A model generated the notes under the pieces. The model ran no database searches. It worked only from the letters and a program-made list of their open reading frames with translations, and was not told the origin of the DNA. DNA of 64,000 nt from Mobula hypostoma (lineage: Eukaryota), in contig NC_086108.1 in assembly GCF_963921235.1 (NCBI RefSeq), forward strand, positions 68,326,001 through 68,390,000, in the 5' to 3' direction. Shown here in pieces: positions 24,951-36,944 of the stretch (positions are counted from its first letter, which is position 1; each line of letters begins with the position of its first letter). The position numbers and the translations under genes were made by a program.

Positions 24951-25254
24951 AAAAGGGGAAGTTTAATTAGGTTAAAATCTTATGAGTGCTATTCCATTTT
25001 CCGCTGGTCATGACGACCTATTAATTTATAGGCACAAAATATAGCCTGTCTTTGTATTTTGCTGTCTCAATAGCAACCTTTTCTGTCAAAGGTTTGGAAA
25101 TGTTTTATCACCACTGAAATTTGTATTTCTTTTATAAGTTATTTCATACTTTTCTTTCAAGTTCTTGCCCCGTGATATCCAATGGCCATTTATCAAAAGT
25201 TTTATTGATTGTGGTGTTATTATCTTCCTCAATAGTACATACAAATTGTACAAA

Positions 25255-25800
25255 TGCAGGAGTAGGGCTCTTGAGCCAAATGCATCAATTAAAAAGGTCA
25301 TGGTTAGGTCATTGTTAGCTTTAACCGGCATTCCTTTCTAACATAAAATTACACTACTGAATTATCTTTCTACCCCGGTTTTAAAATATTCAAAGGCTCA
25401 CTTCAACAGTCTGTTAAGGAAGAGAATGCCAAAGACTTATTACACTCAGAAGTAAATTTTGCTTCCTCCCTGCCTTAAAAGGGCAATCATTTCTATCTAA
25501 ACCATGACCACTAGTTCTATATTATACCATAAGAGGAAATATCCTGTCTTCATTTACCACTGAAAAAATATTAAACTGATTGACCTGTAGCTTTCTGCTT
25601 TTTACTTTTTTTTAATCTAAAGGAGTAACAAGATATTTCCAAAATAATGAACATGTTGAATCTAGAGAATGTTGAAAAATTAACACCAAAATTTTGCTAT
25701 CCACTTTTAAGACTCCAGACTGAAATCCATTATAACCTGGCCATTTGTCAGCCACACAACTTTAAAAAATATTGAATTGTATATTTTCCTGGTGATTGTT
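25255..25800 (-). mobile_element. Very old CR1 fragments
   Basis: Weak similarity to CR1 3' end (ctatctaaaccatgaccactagttct, agaggaaatatcc) and RT region (ccagactgaaatccattataacctgg). Confidence 0.5.
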
Positions 25801-26559
25801 TTCTGGAGTTTCTCCATTCTTTCCATTTCCTGATTTCCATTTTTTCAATCTTTTGCTGCCAAACCTTCTAGCATCAGATTTTCTAGTAACCTTTATTACC
25901 ATGAATTTTGCCATCTGTTACCTTCTGTAAAGTGATTGCAAATCATGAGAATCATCTGCATCTTGCCTCATCCCATTTGCTGATGAAACTCTCAAGTACC
26001 TTTTTGATTCCAAACTGCAATCCATGGGCAACATGCTCTTCACTTCAAATGTACAATTTCTTTTTGTCGGTGTCCTCTTGTTTTCCTTCAATGATAGCCC
26101 GGTCTTTAGAAGTCAATCTGCTCAATTCCCCTCTTGTGCCTTTACCGATTACGGTGGATTCTTGTTAATTGGGACCAATACACTTTGGCCCAATTAAGCA
26201 GCTGCCCAATTAGCTGAAGTTTCATGGAAATAGTTAAAAGGTATAACAAAGACAAACTATCGTTTAGGTGAGTAATAATTTGTATATTTAAATAAACTAT
26301 GAAACATTAGAATTCTACCAATTCTACTACAGTACTATAAAACTATTAACTCTTAGTAGTTATCAACAGAGGAATTCATCTGCCGTTGTCTTTTGACTAA
26401 ATCAATAAAATTGGCGCAAACACCAAATGCAGATAACGGACTACCTTCATACAATCATATGATTGCATTCTCCAAATCTTCATTTTCATTGTAGTATTCA
26501 GGATGATTGTCAATACCTTCGTAATTCCAAACTTGTTGAAGACTTCATTTTCACAATTG

Positions 26560-27453
26560 TGATGACACTAAATTGAGTGGAAAGCAAATTGTGCAGAGGG
26601 TATGGAGAGTACAGAGAGAGAGAGATAGGTTAAGTGAGTGGGCAAGGGTCTGGCAGATGGAGTATAACGTTGGTAAATATGAGGTCATCCACTTTGAAAG
26701 GAAATATGGAAAATTAGAATATTATTTAAATGGTAAAATATTGCAGAAAGACTTGGGAGTGCTTGTGAATGAATTGCAAAAAGTTGGTTTGCAGGTGCAG
26801 TGGGCTATCAGGAGGGCAAATGGAATGTGGGTCTTCAATGCTAGAGGAATTGAATTTAAGAGCAGGGAGGTACTGTATCTGTACAGGGTATCTGGAGTAC
26901 TCCACGCAGTTCTGGTCTCCTTACTTGAGGAAAGAATATACTGGCTTTGGAGGCGGTGTAGAGGAGGTTCACCGGGTTGATTCCAGACATGAAGGGGTTA
27001 GACTATGAGGAGAGAGTGAGTCGCCTGGGACTGTACTCACTGGAATTCAGAAGAAAGAGAGGAGATCTTATAGAAAGATAAAATTATAAAAGAGATAGAT
27101 AAGACAGGCAGGAAAGTTGTTTCTACTGGTAAGTGAGACTAGAACTAGGGACATAGCCTCAAGATTCGGGGGAGTACATTTAGGATGGCGTTGAGGAGAA
27201 ACTGTTATTCCCAAAGATTGGTGAATCTGTGGAATACTCTGCCCAATGAAGCAGTGGAGGGTACCTCAGTAAATATATTTAAGACAAGGTTGGTTAGATT
27301 TTTGCATAGTAGGGGAATTTAGGGTTACGGGGAAAAGGCCGGTAGGTGGAGATAAGTCCATTCTCAAATCAGGTATAATCTTATGGTATGGCAGAGCAGG
27401 CTTGACGGGCCAGATGGCCTACTCCTGCTCCTATTTCTGATGCTTTTATGTTC
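26560..27453 (+). mobile_element. 5'-truncated CR1 LINE
   Basis: Starts at DDTKLSG; WARVWQMEYNVGKYEVIHF and QFWSPYLRK motifs; 3' end cctactcctgctcctatttct. Confidence 0.9.
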
Positions 27454-27672
27454 TCTCCCAGCTGTTGCTGGCATCTCCAAGCCTGACTATGGTGGGCAAA
27501 ACATTTCATAATTGTCTTGCTGCCTGTTCCTTGCCAACTGTCAGTGACAAAAATCACTGGTTTTTGAACACATACAACTAATGCTATTTACACATTGATT
27601 GCTGTAAGCACAGTGTAGTGTCTAACGGCCATGCAAGTGCATGTAACTGGCGCTAGTTAGAAACTGTTTGGC

Positions 27673-30600
27673 TTACCTTCTATTATTTTTGATGATCAGA
27701 CTGGATTTATTAAAAATGGACATTCCCATTTTAATATACGCTGTGTATTAAACGTTACTTACTCTCCTTCTCAGGAGATATCAGAAGGTGTGATATCCTT
27801 AGATGCTGAGAAGGCCTTCGATTGGGTTGAATGGAATTATTTATTTAAAACCTTAGAAAAATTTAATTTTGGACCATGTTTTATTCAATGGATTAAATTA
27901 CTTATCTCCTGCTCAGGTTCTTACTAATTTTCAAAATTCCAAACCATTTAAACTTCACCGCAGAACTAGACAAGGCTGTCTGTTGAGTCCTTTACTTTTT
28001 GATTTAGCTTTAGAACACCTTGCCATTGCTTTTCGAAAATCTAATGATATCTGTGGTATTTTAAGGAGAGGTATCACCCACAAAATCTCGCTATACGCTG
28101 ATGATATATTGCTTTTTATCTCTAACGTTGAGACCTCATTACTTAGTGTACTTCCTTTACTCTCCCGTTTTAGCCAGTTTTCAGGATATAAATTGAACCT
28201 ACATAAGAGTGAATTATTTCCTTTAAATAATTTGGTATCAATTAATACTAATCTCCCTTTTAAAATTGTAAGGAATCGATTTACTTATTTGGGTGTAACA
28301 ATCACTAAGAATTACAAACACCTGTTTAAAAGAAAACTTTCTTACTTTATTGAACCATATAAAAAGATATTAAATTGGTCACCTCTTTCAATATCATTGA
28401 TTGGACGAATTAATTCTATTAAAATGAATATTCTACCTAAATTTATATATCTTTTTCAGGCTTTACCCATTTTTATTCCTAAATCCTTTTTTGACTCTCT
28501 TGAATCTATTTTATCCTCCTATATATGGAAAAATGAACATCCTCATTTCAATAAAGTTCATCTTCAAAAACCTAATAAGTCTGGAGATTTAGCCTTACCT
28601 AATTTTAGGTTTTATTACTGGGCAGTTATTATACGATATCTTGGACTTTCTGATTAACGGACCCCAATCAGTTAAGTTAGACAACCTTTCCTCCTCCACT
28701 CTCACCCTGAACACCGGCGTGCCTCAAGACTGTGTGCTGAACCTTCTTCTGTACTCCCTTTTCACCTATGAGTGTGTTCCTATACATGGTTCTAACTTCA
28801 TAATCAAGTTTGCAGACGACACCAGGGTGGTTGGCCTGATCAGAGGGGATGATGAGATGGCCTACAGGGACGAGGTCCAGCACCTGACCACGTGGTGTGC
28901 CGACAACAACCTGGCCCTTAACACCCAGAAGACCAAGGAGATCATTGTGGACTTCAGGCATGCTAGGAGCCACACTCTACGTCAACGGAGCTGTAGTGGA
29001 GCGTGTATCAAGCTTCAAATTCCTTGGTGTCCACATTTCAAAGGATCTCACGTGGTCCCTGAACTCTTCCATCCTGGTCAGAAAGGCTCAACAGCGCCTT
29101 TATTTCCTGTGGAGCATCAAGAAAGCTCTTCTCTGTCCCAGGATACTGATGGACTTTTACCGCTATACCATTGAGAGCATACTCACCAACTGCATCTCAG
29201 TGTGGTATGGTAATTGTCCCATATTGGACCGCAAATCACTCCAGCATGTGGTGAAAACTGCCCACCGGATTATCGGCACCCAATTGCCCACCGTTGAGAA
29301 CATCTACCATAAACGCTGCCTGGGCAGGGCAAAAAGCATTATCAAGGATGCATCTCACCCTAACCATGGACTTTTTACTCTCCTCCCATCTGGTAGGTGC
29401 TACAGGAGCCTCCGCTCCTGCACCAGCAGGCACAGGAAGAGCTTCTTCCCTGAGGCTGTGACCCTGCTGAACCTCACATCACAGCGCTAAGTAGTATTGC
29501 ACCCATATTGTACTGTTTCAGTACTTTTATATTTGTGTGCTGTAGCACTTAATTTTTATTCGTAGTTATTTTGTAAATAACACTATTCTTTGCATTTCTG
29601 GTTAGGTGCTAACTGCATTTTATTGGCTTTGTATCTGTACTCGGCACAATGACAATAAAGTTGAATCTAATCTAATCTAATCTTACGTTTTGGCTATATT
29701 GTATTAATCGTGTAGACTGTCCGGTATGGGTTTCTTTAGAAGCTAATTCTGTTAATAAATTTTCTATTATTTCTCTTCTTGGACCCTCACTTCCTTTATT
29801 TGTAAGTAAACTAACTGATAATTTAATAGTTAAACATACTCTGAGGATCTGGATACAATTTAGAAAACATTTTGGTTTATTGAGATTTTCCCATTTTAGT
29901 CCCATTTATTCTAATTTTTTAAACCCCCCATGACTGATTTAGTCTTTAAAGAATGGGACAGGTTGGGTATTAAATGTTTTTGGGATCTGTTTGTTGAAGA
30001 AAATCCTTTTTCATTTGAGCAATTGTCAACTAAATAAAGCCTATCCAAAACTCACTTCTTTAGATATCTACAAATCAGAGACTTTCTAAGATCTCAATTA
30101 TGCACATTTCCTATAAGCTCAGATAAGAACTTACTAGATGTAATTTTTAATCTGACAACTTTTTATAATGGTTCAATATCTAATATTTGTGGTATGTTAC
30201 TGGAGACTAGGAATGTTCCTTTTGACAAAATTAAGAATCTCGGAACAAGATTTACAGACATCAATATCTGAGGAAACTTGGAATGAAATTTTTAAACTGG
30301 TTAATACGTCATCGCTATGTGCTCGCCATTCCTTCATACAATTTAAGGTGGTATAGAGTCCATATGACTAAAGATAAGCTATCTCGTGTTTATTCGGATA
30401 TATCTCCCTACTGTGACAGATGCAATAATGGAGAAGCTTCATTAATTCATATGTTTTGGACTTGTCCATGTCTTGAAAAATATTGGAAGGAAGTTTTTCA
30501 AACTTTTTCTTTACTTTTCAAAGTCAATTTTAAGCCTAATCCTCTGATGGCCCTACTCGGTATTGTTGCAGGACAAGATATCAATCAAGTTGAAGACATC

Positions 30601-31111
30601 TGATTTACATATTTTGGCCTTTAGCTCTTTTATAGCTAGGAGGGCGCTTTTGTTTAAATGGAAAGGTGTTTCTCCTCCTACTCATGCTCAATAGTTATGC
30701 AACGTTATTTCATGCTTAGATTTAGAGAAGATTCATTGTTCAATTTCTGAATCTCGTCAAGACTTTCAAACATTGTGGGGACCCTTTCTGAATTATTTTC
30801 AAAACTTTCAAAACCCTCAATTCATTGTTTAAATTTAGATGCTGGCTATTATTGATTTTTATTATACGAGAAGGTATTTTACCTTTTTTTTTCTCCTTAA
30901 TAAACAGCTTCAGTCTTGGTAGGGGTTAGACTACCAAGTTAGTATATTTAGTATATTTCAATATTACTTTGACTAACCTACATGAATATGGGATAATGAG
31001 GTTGTTATTATGAATAGATATAATGTAATTGGTAATTTTTTTTTGACCTTTCTATATACTTTCTTGTACTCTGTATTCTTCTGTGGTAGAAACTAATAAA
31101 AATATTGAAAG
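27673..31111 (+). mobile_element. 5'-truncated L1-clade LINE (ORF2 RT plus C-terminal CCHC), interrupted by Rex1
   Basis: ISLDAEKAFD, TRQGCLLSPLLF, SLYADDILL, YLGV and CDRCNNGEASLIHMFWTC motifs; AATAAA near 31095; 14-bp TSD agaaactgtttggc at 27659-27672 and 31112-31125. Confidence 0.9.
28643..29679 (+). mobile_element. 5'-truncated Rex1/Babar-type LINE nested in L1
   Basis: GVPQDCVL, KFADDT, FKFLGVHIS and KAQQRLYFL motifs; AATAAA plus (AATCT)n tail; flanked by atctt (28638-42, 29680-84). Confidence 0.9.
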
Positions 31112-34100
31112 AGAAACTGTTTGGCAACAATTTCCTGCCCCAATTAAGTGGCATAGTGTTCCAAATAGACAAAGGGAATCCTATGTTCTCAATTTAGTTT
31201 TTGTTCTTTAAGAGTTGTCTCAAATAAATAGCTGCCCAAATTAACCGGAATCCATTTTTTAGAATCTATAATCTTTTATTATCAGTACACCTGAAAATCT
31301 TAAGACTGGTTACATTCTAATTGAATTTATTAGTGACCACTTTTGTTATGCCCTGAAGCAAATTTCCACATGTAGATCAAGTTAGCAATCATTTTTGTTT
31401 TTACAGCATTAACTGTGTTTGCAAAAATATCATTATTTGTACAATCTGGGTATACTCCTTTGTTGGCATAAATTAGAGCTTTTGGCTGCAATCTATGACA
31501 TCTGTTAAATGCTGTCAGTATAACTGGTGTAATTTTGAGACATTTGTGTCTTAAAGGGACACAGTATTGACATTTGGAAGATCTGACTCTATAGCTTGAA
31601 AACTAATTTCAGGATGTTCAAACATTTTCCAAAGTTCCTGGAGAGTGTTTAACCAAATGAGAAGATTTTTTTTTTCTGCATTTAGCCTCTGAAATATTCA
31701 GTGAATGTCTTAGTGGTGACACTGCTTATCATGCCAAGGAACAAAGTAAGGTGGGCAGGAAGGATTAAGTGACTGGGGAAGCAATGGCAAGTGTGATCTC
31801 TGCAGAAAGTAGAAAGGGATATAAGAAGGGAAGATATGAACTTTGAAAGTTAAATATGATACTTGATGAATGAAACAATACAATTTTTTGATCGTGAACT
31901 ATATTGGCTTTGCCTCAAAATGTTTTTCATGTAAAAAAAACTGCCCAAAACATGTCCTAGTTAGCCAAGAATCTGAATTCCTTCCTCCTACTCTTTGTGC
32001 TCCTACTCTTCTGTTCACAGACTGTTCGTGTTCCTGGCTTCACATTTCTGGATTTAGTCTTTCTACTAACAGTCTTTGGCTTTCACTTGGCTCCCCTCTG
32101 AATCTGTGCTTTATCTTTACACTCAGTTCCTGGAGCAGCTTTTCATGCTCTCAGTTTTGCTTAGTTTCTGCTCTTTGATTTTTCTTCTACTATATCTTTA
32201 TTTACCTTCCAAACATCTGCATCCATTACTTGGTTACAAAATCCATCATACCTGTTCTCCCTGTACAAGACAAAGCAGTGCCTTCTTGTAATTACTTCTG
32301 TGTTATTCTGTCTAATATCTACAGCCAAGCACTTCATACTTCAGTCCAACATTTCCTGAAATAAATTATTATCCTAAACTGATGCTTGTTTCATTTTATG
32401 CAGTGTATCCGTAATCTCAAAGCCTTTTGTTTGAAACGTAGCCGTGTTGGTTCTTTGCACTTAAATTTTCTTTGATATAATTCCTCCAAAACAGTGCGTG
32501 GATCATTTTCTTCACCTTGATCTTTCATTCAATTCATTTTGTGTGATACTTCAGTGATCTTTATTAATCTTCAGTAACTTTAGTAACCCAGTATAGTTTA
32601 AGGATCCTGATAGTTAGGCAAGTGGGCTGGTTATCACTCCAGCATCTGAAGTGCAAGCAGAATGTGAGACTAGAGCCAGAAGTCCAGATTATGGGCCAAC
32701 TGTATGGCTGGTTCGGGGTTTGGGTCCAGAACACCAGGGATAAGGTTTGTGGCTGGAGCAGCAAACTGGAATGATACGACATTTTCTACTCCCTCTCATC
32801 AGTAAATTTTTTATATTACTGTGTAGCATGTAATAAAAGTACTGTACTAAATGTACTTAAATGCACGCAGCATTACAAATAAAGTGGATGACCTTGTTGT
32901 ACAGCTACAGGTTAAAAGATAAAACATTGTGGCCAGCACCGAGTCATGGCTAAATGATGGATGTGATTGGGAGCTGAATGCCCAAGGATACACAGTGTAT
33001 AGGAAAGGTAGGAAGGTAGGTAAAGGGGGTGGTGTGGCCCTGATGGTAAGCAATGATATCAAATCACTAGAAAGAAGGGACATAGGATCAGAAGAGGTAG
33101 AATCCTTATGGGTTGAGTTCAGAAATGGCAAGGGTAAAAAGACACTAATAGCAGTTATATACAGGCCTCCAAACAGCAGCCGGGATGTGGACTACAAGTT
33201 ACAGCTGGAAATAGAAAAAGCGTGTCAGAAGGAAAATGTCAAGATAATTATAGGGGATTTTAATATGAAAGTGGATTGGGAAAGGCAGGAAGGTAATGGA
33301 TCTCAGGAGAGGGAGTTTGTAGAATGCCTACAGGATGGCTTTTTGGAGCAGCTTGTCCATAAGCCCACCAGAGGATCAGCTGTTTTGGAATAGGTGCTAA
33401 GTAAAGAACCTGAGGTGATTAGGGAGCTGGAGGTAATGGAACCCTTTGAAAGTCGTGATCATAGTATGACTGAGTTCAGTTTCAAATTTGAAAGGGAGAA
33501 GTTGGTATCAGGTGTATTAATATTTCAGTGGAACAAAGGAAATTACAGTGGTATGAGAGAGGAACTGGCCCAAGTAGATTGGAAAAGTAAGCTAGATGGA
33601 GGGACAGTAGAGCAGAATTGGATGAAGTTCCTACAAGAAATAAGGAAAGTGCAGGAAAAATATATTCCAAGAAAAAAAAATCATGAACGGAAAAATGGCA
33701 CAAATGTGGCTAACGAGAGAGGTTAAGGCTAAAATAAAAGCAAAAGAGACGGCATACAAGGAAGCAAAAATTAGTGGGAAAACTGAGGACTGGACAACTT
33801 CTGAAAACTTACAGAAGGAAACTAAGAAAGTCATTAAGAAAGAAAAGATGAATTATGAAAGGAAGTTGGCAATTAACATAAAGGATACTAAGAGTTTTAA
33901 ATATATGAAGAGTAAAAAAGAGTGACACTGGTAAATATAGGACCGATTGAAAATGATGCTGGAGAAACTATAATGGGTAACAAAGAGGTGGCAGAGGAAC
34001 TAAATGAGTATTTTGTATCAGTCTTCACAGTGGAAGACATTAGCAACATACCTGATAGCCAGAGGTCTCAAGGAATAGAATTAGATTCAGTCAGGATTAC

Positions 34101-34760
34101 TAGAGAGAAGGTGCTTGGGAAGCTAAATGGACTAAGAATAGATAAGTCGCCTGGACCAGATGAGGTGCACCCATGGGTTCTGAAGGAGGTGGCTTTGGAG
34201 ATTGTGGAGGCATTGGAAATGATCTTCCAGGAATCAATAGACTCTGGCATGGTTCTGGAGGACTGGAAAGTCACAAATGTAGTTCCACTGTTTAAGGCAG
34301 GAGGGAGACAGCAAAAAGAAAATTACAGACCTACTAGTCTGACATCAGTAGTTGGAAAGTTATTGGAGTCAATCCTCAAGGACAAAGTTACGAAATACCT
34401 CTAGGTACATGACAAGATAGGCCCAAGCCAGCATGGTTTTCATGAAGGGAAGATCCTGCCTCACCAACCGATTGGAATTTTTTGATGTAATCTCAAATAA
34501 TATTGATAAGAGAGAGGCTGTGGATGTTGTGTATTTGGATTTTCAAAAGGCCTTCAACAAGGTGCCGCATAAGAGGCTGCTTAGTAAGTTGAGAGCCTGT
34601 GGAATTACAGGAAAGATATTGGAATGGGTGGAGCATTGGCTGATAGGCAGAAAGCAAAGGGTGGGAATAAAGGGATCCTATTCTGATAGCTTACCAGTTA
34701 CTAGTGGTGTTCCGCAGGGGTCAGTGTTGGGGCCACTCCTTTTTGCAATGTATATCGATG

Positions 34761-34893
34761 CTTTCAAATCCCTTACTCACTCTTCCTTCAGTTAGTCCTG
34801 ACGAAGGGTCTCGGCCTGAAACGTCGACTGCGCCTCTTCCTATAGATGCTGCCTGGCCTGCTGCATTCACCAGCAACTTTGATGTATGTTGTT
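34761..34893 (+). mobile_element. 133-bp Penelope terminal-repeat insertion carrying a hammerhead ribozyme
   Basis: Near-identical to 45951-46083; 6-bp TSD tcgatg (34755-60, 34894-99); removing it restores the CR1 frame FAMYIDDLDYG. Confidence 0.9.
34793..34830 (+). ncRNA. Minimal type I hammerhead ribozyme motif (PLE-associated)
   Basis: tagtc-CTGACGA-agggtctcggcct-GAAAC-GTC-gactg: helix I tagtc/gactg, intact CUGANGA and GAAA boxes, short helix II, palindromic ACGT in place of helix III, predicted cut after GUC at 34825. Confidence 0.85.
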
Positions 34894-36944
34894 TCGATGA
34901 TTTAGATTATGGATTAAATGGTTTTGTGGCTAAGTTTGCGGATGACACCAAGATAGGTGGAGGAGCAGGAAGTGTTGAAGGAACGGAAAGGTTGCAGAGA
35001 GACTTGGTCAGTTTAGGAGAGTGGGCAAAGAAATGGCAGATGAGATACAATGTTGAGAAATGTACGGTTGTACATTTTGGAAACAAATAATAGGGGAGAT
35101 TATTATTTAGAAGGGGAGAAAATTCAAAAATCGGAAGTGCAAAGAGACTTGGGGGTCCTCGTGCAGGATACCCTAAAGGTTACCCACCAAGTTGGATCGG
35201 CAGTAAGGAAAACGAATGCTATGTTGGCATTCATTTCAAGAGGAATAGTGTATAAGAGTAAGGAGGTGTTGATGAGGCTCTATGGGGCACTGGTGAGACC
35301 TCATTTGGAATACTGTGTGCAGTTTTGGGCCCCCTATCTTAGAAGGGATTTTCTGATGTTGGAGAGAGTTCAGAGAAGATTTATGAGGATGATTCCTGGA
35401 ATGCAGGGGCTAACATATGAGGACCGTTTGTCGGCTCTTGGACTGTATTCATTAGAGTATAGAAGAATGAGAGGGGATCTCGTAGAAACATTTCGAATGT
35501 TGAAAGGGTTGGACAGAGTAGATGTGGAAAGGCTGTTTCCCTTGGTGGGTGAGTCCAGGACAAGAGGCCACAGTCTTAGAATTAGAGGGTACCCATTTAA
35601 AACTGAGATAAGGAGAAATTTTTTGAGCCAGAGGGTTGTGGATTTATGGAATTCGTTGCCACATACAGCTGTGGAGGCCCGATTATTGAGGGTGTTTAAG
35701 GAGGAGATTGATAGGTATCTAATTAGTCAGGGTATCAAGGGATATGGGGGAAAAAGCCGGAAATTGGAACTAGATGGGAAAATAGTTTAGCTTATGGTGG
35801 AGTGGCGGAGCAGACTCGATGGGCCAAATGGCCTACTTCTGCTCCTTTGTCTTGTGATTTTGTGAAAAGTGAAATAAAAGCATGTTACAGAGTTACAGCT
35901 AATAGTCTGGGGAAAAATTTGCTAGTTCAGCATGACCATAGTAACAAGGGTGCTGGATTAGCTGTTTTGTTATAATCTGCCTTGTGGGTGTTTATGCCTT
36001 TTAAGTAGCTTTCCGAAATAATGACATTTTTGCCATACAAAAGCAACAATTCAATCAATTTAGCATCGTATTTCACCATGATAAATTTAGACACAACTTG
36101 AATTCACATAATTCCAAAATATTGCACCATTTATTCTAGTAAATGTGCGTAAGCTATTACAGTTGCTTTGCAGAAAGGAGGCCAGTAAAAAGACAACTGT
36201 CATACTTATTTCAGATAGAATTATTATTTCAAATCAATTTCCAAAATAGCAAAATTTATCTCTTGAAACATCTATTTTATGAAGAACACCTGAATGCAAG
36301 AAAATCAATATACTCAGTTGTTGAAATTGTTATAATTTTCAGAACTTCGTTAAAGGATAAGTGATTTCAGAGAAGTCTCAAATACTTGGAACAACATGGG
36401 GAAATATTGAATATACAACAGTGCTCAGAATTCAGAAGAACATAGTGGAGGTGCTGTTCTGCTGAACCAAACTCTACCTTGACAAGCGAGTAAGATTTCA
36501 AGCAACTTGAAAATAATTCAACAAAAAATCTCCCTGAAAAACCCAGATAATTAATAACTTTACATAATAATTAACATTTGAACAATCGCTCAATTTGGTA
36601 AGGTTAAAATAGATTTGTGCCTAACAATCAAAATATGTAAGCAACTTTTAAAGTATGTAACATGCTTATTGAAAATGCCTAACTTACTAGCTCATCATAC
36701 TGCATCACCTGATTTTGCAAGTTTCTGTTCAAGTGGCATGTTCTGCTATTAATTTTCAGCTCCACAGTATGTTTGAGTATTACCCATTTTTGGCTCTATA
36801 GATTTACAGTCAATGAGTATTAGAGTACTGCCACTGTGTTCTATACTGTTGAGTTTTTCCAAACCAATTAATTGATAGCTTGTTTGATGCACAATGTTGT
36901 TCATGTACCATTACATTAAATGATATGAAGAACTGACTAAAATA

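Larger units (their letters stand above)
26152..31257. mobile_element. Non-autonomous Tigger/pogo-like DNA transposon split by CR1 and L1 insertions
   Basis: Left end TA|CGGTGGATTCTTGTTAATTGGG is the inverted match of the right end CCCAAATTAACCGGAATCCATT. Element sequence lies at 26152-26559, 27454-27672 and 31112-31257. Confidence 0.7.
32850..35865 (+). mobile_element. CR1 LINE with nearly full ORF2 (APE endonuclease plus RT), pseudogenised
   Basis: YLNARS, TESWL, KGGGVAL, VIYRPP, IGDFN, KSPGPD, NYRPTSLTS, YLDFQKAF, GVPQGSVLGP and KFADD motifs; several stops and frameshifts; 3' tail ttgtcttgtgattttgtga. Confidence 0.95.

Noticed and set aside
34704..35090. 128-aa ORF as a novel chimeric protein
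   Set aside because: It is an accidental read-through of the PLE mini-insert into the CR1 RT frame; the peptide LSNPLLTLPSVSPDEGSRPETST recurs wherever this repeat occurs.
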